From NCBI GenBank assembly GCA_020723065.1, contig DYJP01000002.1, forward strand, positions 7,464 to 71,463: a DNA stretch of 64,000 nt, written 5' to 3'. Position 1 is the first letter of the stretch. Every line of letters begins with the position of its first letter. The DNA is from Candidatus Micrarchaeum sp. (GTDB lineage: Archaea; Micrarchaeota; Micrarchaeia; CABMEP01). Made by a program: the position numbers and the translations under genes. Below the pieces are notes generated by a model. That model ran no database searches. It was not told the origin of the DNA and was given only the letters and a program-made list of their open reading frames with translations. Shown here one piece after another: positions 17,067 through 25,990 of this stretch.

Positions 17067-18755
17067 TCATATCAGTCTTCCCATTTCTATTATTTTTGTT
17101 TCGCCACCAAGTGTCTGTGATATTGACTTAAATGAACCTACAAATATCGCTATGGTAAGTGCAAATGTAAAAAATATCATCAATGGCGGAAACATTATCT
17201 TGTCTATATTATCTGTAAGATACAGAAACAAATAACCCGAGGAAACGGGACTCAGTGCGACACCAATTAATGATGCATCTGAAGCAGTTGAAAGCAGGCC
17301 CTTCATAAATGTATTGGTGCCGCTGAAAAATCCTTTTATTCCGGATGCAGTAAGCCTCAAATAGCTTATATCATTCAACTCATTTTCCTTTGTTGATGCT
17401 GACAATTTGCAATAAAAACTAGACCAAAGCCCTTCTTTGCAGGGATCTCCAAAATAAAAGCTGTAATTGTCGATATACTGCAAGTTCTTCTCTTCCGACT
17501 TAACAGCTAAAACGATCGTATTTTCATCGTCTGCCTTGAATGATGCAGAATTTAATGCTTGAGTTATATTCTGACCTACAGTAACTGCACCTCTTCCAGT
17601 AAGCTTGAAACAGTTTGTCACATCAAATTTAGATGTATATGGTATTCCATCTTGATCATAAGTGGTAATAGTTTCTTCTCTAATTGTCTTCCAGTAAACA
17701 TAATCCTTTGGAGGCAAATTAGCGTAAATTGAAGATTCAAAAGAAGATGAAATATCAGAAACATAAATTTTGTAATTCAATATATCGTTACACTGAACCT
17801 GTGACCAAATAGAATAATTGAGCGGTACAAGCGCCTTCCATTCGAATTTGTCGCTTTCATTGAGATAATACTTTCCTGGAGCTGGCGAAGTCTTGAGATA
17901 CAGTCCAGCGCCAGTGGGATCGAAGTTTGGCAATTCGCCTAAGATGCCACTACCTGGTTCCATCTCTGTATACAATATATTTTTCATCTCAATGTACATT
18001 GCGTTTGAAACTATAAGCGAAATAGGATAGATTATGTAAGCTGCCAAGGCAATTGCAATTAAGGTGGAACCTGTTTTCCTACTCAATGGGAAGGCACGAA
18101 GCAATACACCCAAAGGCAATACGATTGGAAGCATTGTCTTTTGAATTATATTAAGCAATTCGTGCTGAACAAACATTGCAAAAAACATAGGTTGCATAAA
18201 GGATTCAAAAGATGAAAGCGGGCCTAAAAGCATTCCAAAGGGGCTTCCATATTTTAAGCCAAAATTACTTACAATTGCTGCAAAACTTCCCAACAACCCA
18301 GGAAGATTTACACTTGCAGCAGAAAGTAATGCAGTAAGCCAGCCTATTTTAAATTCGAAAGTTGAAATGAAAGTTATAATCGTTTTAAGAGAAATGACGT
18401 GAGTATATGCCTCTATAAGATCAGCTTGTGCAGTGTCAAGAAATGCGGCAGCAGATTCATAAGGAGTTTGACCGACATATGCAGTAGTTAGTGCAGTAAT
18501 AATTATTATCAATGAATATGCAATTCCAATCAAGGCTCCAGTAAATATGAATTCACTGAGCTCCTTTTTCGCCCAGCCTTTCAACTCATTAGACTGGAAT
18601 GCAGTGGAAAACATCCATGCAAGAGAACTCATTATGGCAGAAAGAATAAGGGACAACACGCAGGTTGCGAACCAGTTTCCATTTTGAAAAACAGAATCGA
18701 TTGAGGACTGGACTACTGTTGTAAACGTGCTCATTTCTGTCGCCATTAATATCAC
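17067..18755 (-). CDS. Paralogous polytopic membrane protein, member 1 (562 aa), first gene of the block
   Basis: Shared motifs NELKGWAKKELSEFIFTGALIGI and VLPLGVLLRAFPLSRKTGSTLIAIALAAYIIYP. A ~250-aa extracytoplasmic insert is present. Tail LGGETKIIEMGRLI. Confidence 0.6.
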   Translation of the reverse strand: MILMATEMSTFTTVVQSSIDSVFQNGNWFATCVLSLILSAIMSSLAWMFSTAFQSNELKGWAKKELSEFIFTGALIGIAYSLIIIITALTTAYVGQTPYESAAAFLDTAQADLIEAYTHVISLKTIITFISTFEFKIGWLTALLSAASVNLPGLLGSFAAIVSNFGLKYGSPFGMLLGPLSSFESFMQPMFFAMFVQHELLNIIQKTMLPIVLPLGVLLRAFPLSRKTGSTLIAIALAAYIIYPISLIVSNAMYIEMKNILYTEMEPGSGILGELPNFDPTGAGLYLKTSPAPGKYYLNESDKFEWKALVPLNYSIWSQVQCNDILNYKIYVSDISSSFESSIYANLPPKDYVYWKTIREETITTYDQDGIPYTSKFDVTNCFKLTGRGAVTVGQNITQALNSASFKADDENTIVLAVKSEEKNLQYIDNYSFYFGDPCKEGLWSSFYCKLSASTKENELNDISYLRLTASGIKGFFSGTNTFMKGLLSTASDASLIGVALSPVSSGYLFLYLTDNIDKIMFPPLMIFFTFALTIAIFVGSFKSISQTLGGETKIIEMGRLI

Positions 18756-18796
18756 TGCCCTTAAGTACTAGATATATAGTTGAATAGCCTTAAATT

Positions 18797-18818
18797 TATT
18801 TCTATGTATATAGAAATA
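18797..18818. promoter_or_regulatory. Inverted repeat TATTTCTA-n6-TAGAAATA with a TATA-like spacer, in the divergent leuS / membrane-array intergenic region
   Basis: Perfect 8-bp arms (18797-18804 and 18811-18818) with spacer TGTATA. It lies 59 nt upstream of the leuS ATG and ~40 nt upstream of the 562-aa gene start on the other strand. Confidence 0.3.
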
Positions 18819-18876
18819 TACTGTGCAAAGTAGAATACTATTCCAGTCTAAACTCAACATATAAACTAGTGATTAT

Positions 18877-21438
18877 ATGAATCCAATTGAAGCCAAATGG
18901 CAGAAAGAATGGGAAAACAGCAATCTTTTCAGCTCTTCAGTTTCAGAAAAACCAAAATTCTATCTTGTTTTCGCATATCCTACTGTTTCTGGAACACTCC
19001 ATATCGGGCATGCAAGAAGCTATTCAATACCAGACATAATCGCCAGATATAAGCGAACCAAGGGGTTCAATGTCTTTTTCCCGCTCGGATTCCATGCAAC
19101 TGGAGTGGATTGTGCAAAAATCTATGAAGAATGCAAAGTCGATCCTTCAAAAGGAACCAAAAAATACGGATTAGAGGAGAATGCAGCCAAATCGTTCAAA
19201 TCTCCACTTGATGTCGACAAATATCTTGAGAAAAGGATAATCTCTGCGCTGAAAAGGATGGGGCTCAGCATAGATTCCAGCACCGCAGTATCTACGATAG
19301 AACCGCATTACAACAAATTCATTCAATGGCAGTACAAGCGTCTCAATGATCTTGGCTATCTCAAGCAGGGAGACTATGTCCTTCCCTACTGTAACGAATG
19401 CCAACAGGTGATAAGCATTGATGCTGCGCAGGCGGAAATAGCGGAAGGAGCAGAAGCTGAAGTAAAGGAATATGAAGTGCTCAAATTCAAAGATGAGAAC
19501 GAAACTATTTATCCGATTGCAACACTGAGGCCTGAGACAGTCTTCGGAGTCACTAACCTTTGGGTGAATCCTAAATCAGACTACGTTGAGGCTTCAGTTG
19601 ACAGTGAAACCTGGGTGGTAAGCCAGCATGCAGTGGAGAAGCTCAGAAACCTTGGCAAAAATGTAGAAGTCAAAAAGAAACTTAAGGGGATAGAGCTAAA
19701 AGACAAAGAAGTTTCGAATCCTGCGAACGGAAGCAAGGTCAAGATAATACCTGCGACATTCGTAGACTCATCTGAAGCTACTGGAGTGGTCATGAGCGTG
19801 CCCGCGCACGATCCCTATGATTACAGACATTATAAGGAAGCAACAAACGCTGACGACAGCATGATACCATTTGTGGTTGATATGCGAATGAACGGAATTC
19901 CAAGCGCAATAATCCTCCAAAAAAACAAGGGAGATGCAGAAGCCGCAGTAAAGGAACTCTATAAAATGGAATACCGTGGAACAATAAAGAAAGACATCCC
20001 TGTTATAGGCGGACTTCCGACTGCAAAAGCGAAAGACGCGATAATCGCCTATCTTTCTCAAAAAGGACTTACGGATAAAATTTACGAGTTCACAGTGAAG
20101 GAAGTGAAAGATAGGTTCGGACATCCTGTTATAATCAAAAGCATAGGCGGACAATGGTTCGTGAATTATGCGGACCAAAAATGGAAAGGTCTGGCTAAGG
20201 AATGCGTGGAACAGATGAACACTTATCCCCCAGAGTACAAGAAAGAGCTTCCAGGAATAATCGATTGGCTGAGAGGAAGACCACTCATCAGAAAGAGGGG
20301 ATTGGGAACTGAATTCCCGTTCGCAAAAGGGTGGATAATCGAGGCCCTGTCTGATTCCACAATCTATATGGCGTTTTATGTTATTTCCAAGGCGGTAAAC
20401 ACAGGAAAGCTTAAGGTCGATGAAATTGACGACGCATTCTTCGACTATATTTATCACGGAAAGGAGGGAAGCCTCAAGTGCAGCAGGGAAGTCGCAGATC
20501 AGATCAAGAAGGAATTCGAGTACTTCTATCCCCTTGACCTTAATTTCGGAGGAAAGGAACACAAGACAGTGCATTTCCCGTTCTTTATATTCCACCATGC
20601 TGCGCTATTCGACAAAAAGTTCTGGCCGAAAGGGGTGTTCGTCAACTGGCACCTAATAGTTGAAGGAGAAAAGATGTCCAAGAGCAAGGGCAATGTAGTT
20701 TTCTGGGACGATGCGATAGAAAAGTACGGAGCAGACGCGATCAGATTCTACGAAGCACACGGCACCAGCCAATGGAACGACTTCGATTGGAAGAATGCAG
20801 AAATGGAAAGGTACGCGATTCATCTTGAAAGTATAAAGAAAATGCTAGACGAAATGATCTCTGAAAAAGAAAACAATCTCGAAATCAACAAATGGGGAGA
20901 AGCGATGTTTGCAAAGAGACTAAAGGCGTTAGAAACTGAATTCGAGAAATACGAAATAAGAAACGCAGCCTCACTTGCATTCTTTGAGATAAGAAACGAC
21001 CTACAATGGCTCAGGAGCCGAGGTGGAACGCCGAGCAAGAAGCTGCTATCAGACTGGCTAAAAATACTCAGTCCGTTCATACCCCATGTCGCAGAGGAAT
21101 ACTGGCATAAGCTTGGAAATAAAACGTTCATATCGACCGAAAGCTGGCCGGAAGCCAGAGAAATAAACGAAAATATACTGAAAGCGGAAGAAGAAGTAAG
21201 GACCCTAGTGGATGACCTCAACAACCTAATGAGAATTGTAAAAGAGAAAAAGACCAAACTTTACGTATACTCGATGCCCAATGAGACACAATATCTCAAA
21301 GATGCCTCTGAATTCATAAAGCAGAGATTCAAATTCGATGAAGTGAACGTTTCTTCCGTAGCCGACAAGGAAAAATACGATCCGATGAAAAAGGCAAGCA
21401 AGGCGAAGCCTGGCAAACCCGCTATATACCTCGAATAA
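18877..21438 (+). CDS. leuS: Leucyl-tRNA synthetase
   Basis: Class I aaRS motifs HIGHARSY and KMSKS; 853-aa archaeal/eukaryal-type LeuRS layout. Confidence 0.95.
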   Translation: MNPIEAKWQKEWENSNLFSSSVSEKPKFYLVFAYPTVSGTLHIGHARSYSIPDIIARYKRTKGFNVFFPLGFHATGVDCAKIYEECKVDPSKGTKKYGLEENAAKSFKSPLDVDKYLEKRIISALKRMGLSIDSSTAVSTIEPHYNKFIQWQYKRLNDLGYLKQGDYVLPYCNECQQVISIDAAQAEIAEGAEAEVKEYEVLKFKDENETIYPIATLRPETVFGVTNLWVNPKSDYVEASVDSETWVVSQHAVEKLRNLGKNVEVKKKLKGIELKDKEVSNPANGSKVKIIPATFVDSSEATGVVMSVPAHDPYDYRHYKEATNADDSMIPFVVDMRMNGIPSAIILQKNKGDAEAAVKELYKMEYRGTIKKDIPVIGGLPTAKAKDAIIAYLSQKGLTDKIYEFTVKEVKDRFGHPVIIKSIGGQWFVNYADQKWKGLAKECVEQMNTYPPEYKKELPGIIDWLRGRPLIRKRGLGTEFPFAKGWIIEALSDSTIYMAFYVISKAVNTGKLKVDEIDDAFFDYIYHGKEGSLKCSREVADQIKKEFEYFYPLDLNFGGKEHKTVHFPFFIFHHAALFDKKFWPKGVFVNWHLIVEGEKMSKSKGNVVFWDDAIEKYGADAIRFYEAHGTSQWNDFDWKNAEMERYAIHLESIKKMLDEMISEKENNLEINKWGEAMFAKRLKALETEFEKYEIRNAASLAFFEIRNDLQWLRSRGGTPSKKLLSDWLKILSPFIPHVAEEYWHKLGNKTFISTESWPEAREINENILKAEEEVRTLVDDLNNLMRIVKEKKTKLYVYSMPNETQYLKDASEFIKQRFKFDEVNVSSVADKEKYDPMKKASKAKPGKPAIYLE

Positions 21439-21527
21439 GGAGTATCTTCTCGACAAGCTGAAGCACAATAAGAAGTATTAAAAAAGATAATAGATATAAG
21501 ATAAGCATCTGAAAAACAAGTGATCGT

Positions 21528-21941
21528 ATGGCGTCTGCAATGAAAACCAAGAAGGAGATAAAGAAAAGGATGGACATAATCAAGTCGGTCCTTACTTTGA
21601 TAAAAGGAAGGCTATCTCCTCCAGAATATAATCACGTTAAAAGATTGATGACAGACGGGACAGAAAGAGACCTTGTTTTCATACAGGGGCTATCCACAGG
21701 CATTGAACTCGCAGTGTTGGATGCAGACGAACTTAAAATAATAATTAAGATACTGAAAGACGCCAAGCTAAGATCGAAGGATGGAAAGCTCGTCTTCAAC
21801 AAACAGGAGATCAAAACCATGGACGAGATACTTGAGCACAAGTTCCCGCTTGCTGCAAGAAGAAGGATAATGGCAGTAATAGCGAGAGCGGATTCCATGC
21901 TCCTTGATGGCCTTATTGAAACTCTAAGCAAAGCTCTTTGA
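21528..21941 (+). CDS. Hypothetical protein (137 aa)
   Basis: Intact ORF with ATG start, coding-like composition and no recognisable motif. Confidence 0.4.
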   Translation: MASAMKTKKEIKKRMDIIKSVLTLIKGRLSPPEYNHVKRLMTDGTERDLVFIQGLSTGIELAVLDADELKIIIKILKDAKLRSKDGKLVFNKQEIKTMDEILEHKFPLAARRRIMAVIARADSMLLDGLIETLSKAL

Positions 21942-21945
21942 AAAA

Positions 21946-22416
21946 TCAGAACTTTCCTTTTTTGACCAAAGAATAGGCTAATTTGAGCTGTTTCTTAGAC
22001 GATTCGTAGGTGAGAAGCTTCATTGAATCCTTAAACGACGCCCACCTGTAACCGTCGTGCTCTTTTATGTCATTATTCTGTATGGAGACCTTGCCGTAGT
22101 ATTCCACGAGGAAAACTTGAAACTCCATTCGAGTGTATCTGTACTTTTTAACATATTCTGGGGGTGTCCTGAACTTCATCTTTGACGAAATAGGAATTAT
22201 ACTCCCTATCATATGTTTTTCTGCGTTTATCTCTTCCTTGAGTTCACGCATGAGAGTGGAAACTGGACTTTCTCTTCCGATTCTTCCGCCTTTTAGAATC
22301 TCCCAGCCGATCCACCTTTTTACTCTGTGAAGAAGAAGGAATTCTGGCTGACCTTTTCTCATCCTGAAGACTATCGCACTCGCTCCGCGCCTAATTCTCT
22401 CTTTTTTAGTTGCCAT
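21946..22416 (-). CDS. NUDIX hydrolase
   Basis: Nudix box GGRIGRESPVSTLMRELKEEI (G-x5-E-x7-RE-U-x-EE). Confidence 0.75.
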   Translation of the reverse strand: MATKKERIRRGASAIVFRMRKGQPEFLLLHRVKRWIGWEILKGGRIGRESPVSTLMRELKEEINAEKHMIGSIIPISSKMKFRTPPEYVKKYRYTRMEFQVFLVEYYGKVSIQNNDIKEHDGYRWASFKDSMKLLTYESSKKQLKLAYSLVKKGKF

Positions 22417-22429
22417 CTAACCAACTTAA

Positions 22430-23419
22430 TCATTTTATTTTTGAAAAATCTATAATTCTATTCTTTTTCGCTTTTTCATCTCTGCAAAGGAGAACGATTC
22501 TTGAAGGCTTGTGCTCATCAGTATATATGTAACCTGTCTCTTTTGCCAATTTCTTTGCGAACTCAACGATTTCATCATGCAAAGGCATTCCTAAAGGACC
22601 GATTCTATTTCTTGAGAATCCCAAGGCCATATACGCCTTTACCTCCACATAATCTGGATTGCCCATCTTTATAAGTTCAGCATACTTTTCTGGATGGGCC
22701 ATATTACTGTCCTTGATAATGGTCATGCGTATAACTGTTCGTGTAAACTTGCCCGCCTCCTTAAGCAATTTAAGTGAAGCGAGATACCTTTCCCAGCCAT
22801 CGGGAGAATTCGGCCTTACAATCAAATTGAAGCTTTCCTTATCGTAAGAAGACATCGAAAGATAAAGTTGGGTTGGAAGTGTTTTATTATTTATCAGATT
22901 CTCTATTGCACTTGGCGATCCACCAGCAGTCACGATAAATGTACTCATTCCCCTCTTATGGAACGCTTTGAGAAGCTCCGGCATTTTGGGATAAACGATT
23001 GGTTCTCCGAGAACGCTCAATGCCACGTGCTTCGGATCCTGTGCTTCAATCCAGAGCTTCTTGTCCGCATGCGGGTGTCCTCCTAAGCCGGAAAGAAGCT
23101 TTCTCTGCGCCAAGATCATCTCTTCGATTATCTCTTCCGGATCATCCCATTTATCAATTTTAATTGAATCCATATCAACTTCGATCTCTCCTGGCTGCGC
23201 TCTCCAGCAGAAAACGCATTTGTTAAAGCAGAACGGAACGACCGTGCATTGGAGACATCTATTACTCTTTATACCGTAAAACTGGTTTTTGTAGCACCAA
23301 GAACCCTTAATTATCGAATCTTTGGTATATTGGCAAATCTTGACCAATGAATGTTGGTTCTTTCCAGCGAACCGGTACTTCTGTTTTTTCAAAACAGCTG
23401 CAAGCTTATCCGGAATCAT
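22430..23419 (-). CDS. taw1: Radical SAM enzyme, tRNA 4-demethylwyosine synthase (Taw1/TYW1-like)
   Basis: CFNKCVFCWR radical-SAM cluster motif, plus an upstream Cys-containing region (KICQYTKDS...GSWCYK) typical of Taw1. Confidence 0.65.
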   Translation of the reverse strand: MIPDKLAAVLKKQKYRFAGKNQHSLVKICQYTKDSIIKGSWCYKNQFYGIKSNRCLQCTVVPFCFNKCVFCWRAQPGEIEVDMDSIKIDKWDDPEEIIEEMILAQRKLLSGLGGHPHADKKLWIEAQDPKHVALSVLGEPIVYPKMPELLKAFHKRGMSTFIVTAGGSPSAIENLINNKTLPTQLYLSMSSYDKESFNLIVRPNSPDGWERYLASLKLLKEAGKFTRTVIRMTIIKDSNMAHPEKYAELIKMGNPDYVEVKAYMALGFSRNRIGPLGMPLHDEIVEFAKKLAKETGYIYTDEHKPSRIVLLCRDEKAKKNRIIDFSKIK

Positions 23420-23503
23420 AGCATCACAAAAAAGGATCTTTGATATCGACCTTAATATTAATACAAAAGGACATTATTTAAATTTAATCCGAGATATAAA
23501 ACC

Positions 23504-24655
23504 ATGCCTATAACCATTCTTTTGGAAAAGAACAAACTCAAGGTAAGAAACCAACAGGATTACGAAGCGCTAAGAAGGGCTTTCTACGGAGAGAAGCGCG
23601 GACCCGAAATAGAGCTCACTGTAGAGGAAGCCCTCTATCTGATGGAAGTTCGAAATGCTATTTGCCTAGATGGAGAGCGATCCGTCACATTCAGTGAACT
23701 GGTGCAAAAATTCAACAAACCGAAACTGTTCGCAGAATACATCACATTCAGGGACTGGAGAGAAAGGGGACTCATGGTAAGACCTTTCTCAGACTCGAAA
23801 GGAAACTACAACAAGAATCCGACAGTCAAGTATCCGTTCAAGAAAACAAAATTCAATAAGGTGAATGCCAGCGGATTGTTCTTCAAAGAAGATAAGATGA
23901 CGATCCTGGAAGATGAAGAGACAGGAAAAATCCTGTATCAAAGTCATTGGTTCGGCCAGTACGGATCCTACAAGGCGGAAGGAAGGGGAAGGTTCCTAAA
24001 ACTTGACAAGTTCGAGACGATGTTCCTTGTGAAAAACTGTGGAATGGAGCTCATGAACTGCACGGAAGCAGAGCTCGACGCCAACCTGAATGAGGATCCT
24101 GATTTTCTGTCGATGTATCAAGTTTATGAAGATTGGAGAAATGCTGGATTCATAGTAAAAACAGGATTCAAATTCGGAACGCACTTCAGAATATATTTCC
24201 CAGGCGCATTGCCTGGAAAGAGCAAGGATTGGACCCATTCAAAGCACGTCCTCCACATATTCCCAAGGGAGAAGAGAATGGTAATAGCTGAATGGGCGAG
24301 AGCGATCAGGGTGGCTCACGGAGTCAGGAAGACGTTCATACTCGCCATACCTGGAAAGAAAAAAAAGGAAAAGAATAAATCCATAGTCAGTTTCATATTA
24401 TACCATAGGAAAGGAAACGCCATAGAGACCCCGGACAAAGACGGACCTTCTTTCGCCATGGTTTCATTGAGCGAAGAGGAAATGATCGGAGGAAACGAGC
24501 TTGCAATAGCGATCGAAGAATCCAAGAACCACGGGCTAGATGTTGTCCTGGGTATAGTTGATAGAGAGACTTCTGTCACTTATTACAGGGTAAAAAGAAT
24601 CGACTTGCCGGAAAGCAAGTACGAATATTACGAAATAGAATGGATACAGCCATGA
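23504..24655 (+). CDS. endA: tRNA-splicing endonuclease EndA, three-unit architecture
   Basis: Central catalytic motif GFKFGTHFRIYFPG...WTHSKHVLHI (Tyr/His/Lys triad region). It is preceded by an N-terminal EndA-like domain and followed by a ~130-aa extra C-terminal unit. Confidence 0.75.
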   Translation: MPITILLEKNKLKVRNQQDYEALRRAFYGEKRGPEIELTVEEALYLMEVRNAICLDGERSVTFSELVQKFNKPKLFAEYITFRDWRERGLMVRPFSDSKGNYNKNPTVKYPFKKTKFNKVNASGLFFKEDKMTILEDEETGKILYQSHWFGQYGSYKAEGRGRFLKLDKFETMFLVKNCGMELMNCTEAELDANLNEDPDFLSMYQVYEDWRNAGFIVKTGFKFGTHFRIYFPGALPGKSKDWTHSKHVLHIFPREKRMVIAEWARAIRVAHGVRKTFILAIPGKKKKEKNKSIVSFILYHRKGNAIETPDKDGPSFAMVSLSEEEMIGGNELAIAIEESKNHGLDVVLGIVDRETSVTYYRVKRIDLPESKYEYYEIEWIQP

Positions 24656-24681
24656 TATGATTGTATGTTTAAAGTGATAAA

Positions 24682-25983
24682 ATGGATCTTGGAGACGGCA
24701 TCAGAAAGGCACTTACAAAAATAACTGGCAAGGCGCTTATCGATGAATCTGTAATAAAATCAATGCTTAAGGACATCCAAAGGGCGCTGATACTCTCCGA
24801 TGTCAACATCGAATTAGTCTACAAGATATCTAAAGAAATAGAAAAGAGGGCGCTTAATGAGAAGCCTCCGATCGGAAGGAGCATGAATGAGCACGTAAGC
24901 GCCATAGTATATGAAGAGCTTACCAAGATAATGGGTGAAGGAAGGAAAATAGAGCTCAAGAAGCAGACCATAATGGTGCTCGGCCTTTTCGGTTCCGGAA
25001 AGACAACTCAAATAGGAAAGATATCTAATTACCTCAAGAAAAGGGGAATGAGCGTCGGAGTGATAGCGGCGGACATGATGAGGCCGGCCGCATACGACCA
25101 GCTTGAACAACTTTCAAAGCAAGTAGGCTGCAATTTCTATGGAAAACGGAATGCAAACTCATCCGACGTGGTGAAGGAAGGACTGCAAAGGCTCAAAAAC
25201 GATGTCATAATTATAGACACCTCCGGAAGAGACGCTCTTGATGACGAGCTGACAACAGAACTGAAGAGCATAGAGCAGATTGCAAAGCCGGATGAAAAAA
25301 TACTGGTCATGTCTGCAGACATAGGGCAAATTGCAAAGCAACAGGCAGAGGAATTCAACAAATCCGTAGGCCTGACAGGAGTCATAATCACAAAAATGGA
25401 CGGAAGCGGAAAAGGAGGGGGAGCACTTACCGCCTGCTCTGTTGCGGGAATAAAGGTAGTATTCATAGGTGTCGGAGAGAAGCTTGACGACATAGAAGAA
25501 TTCAATCCGGGAAAATTCGTGGGAAGGCTCCTTGGGGTTCCTGACTTCGAGGCCCTGATCGAAAAAGTCAAGACTGCAATGCCGGAAGGGGCAAACGAGA
25601 TTCCCGAAGAATTCGATATTGATACTTTTTACAAGCAGCTCAAGGCTGCAAGAAACATGGGCCCTTTGAAAGGTCTCTTTGAGATGATGGGAATGGTAAA
25701 CGTTCCGAAAGATGTTGTCGAACAGGGAGAGCAGAAGATGGATCAATACGAAGCTATAATCAATTCGATGACTAAAGCGGAAAGGAAGAACCCGGATCTG
25801 GTAAGAAAACACCCAAGCAGGGTAACCCGAATTGCTAACGGTTCAGGAATAAGCCCTTCCACGGTCAAGGAATTCATAACGCAATTCGGGAAGATGAAGA
25901 AGATGTACGAGCAACTTCAGAAGAACAAAGGAATGCAAAAGAACCTGCAAAGAATGCTAAAAGGAAAAGGCTTTGGATTTTAA
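24682..25983 (+). CDS. srp54: Signal recognition particle protein SRP54
   Basis: N domain, G domain with GLFGSGKTT and DTSGR motifs, and a Met-rich M domain. Confidence 0.9.
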   Translation: MDLGDGIRKALTKITGKALIDESVIKSMLKDIQRALILSDVNIELVYKISKEIEKRALNEKPPIGRSMNEHVSAIVYEELTKIMGEGRKIELKKQTIMVLGLFGSGKTTQIGKISNYLKKRGMSVGVIAADMMRPAAYDQLEQLSKQVGCNFYGKRNANSSDVVKEGLQRLKNDVIIIDTSGRDALDDELTTELKSIEQIAKPDEKILVMSADIGQIAKQQAEEFNKSVGLTGVIITKMDGSGKGGGALTACSVAGIKVVFIGVGEKLDDIEEFNPGKFVGRLLGVPDFEALIEKVKTAMPEGANEIPEEFDIDTFYKQLKAARNMGPLKGLFEMMGMVNVPKDVVEQGEQKMDQYEAIINSMTKAERKNPDLVRKHPSRVTRIANGSGISPSTVKEFITQFGKMKKMYEQLQKNKGMQKNLQRMLKGKGFGF

Positions 25984-25990
25984 ATAATCA

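Noticed and set aside
19768-20598. 276-aa minus-strand ORF and several smaller ORFs (19171-19404, 19581-19793, 19790-19984, 20820-21257) inside leuS
   Set aside because: They lie antisense within a well-supported 853-aa LeuRS gene. They have low-complexity, Cys/Ser/Phe-rich translations typical of shadow ORFs in AT-rich DNA.
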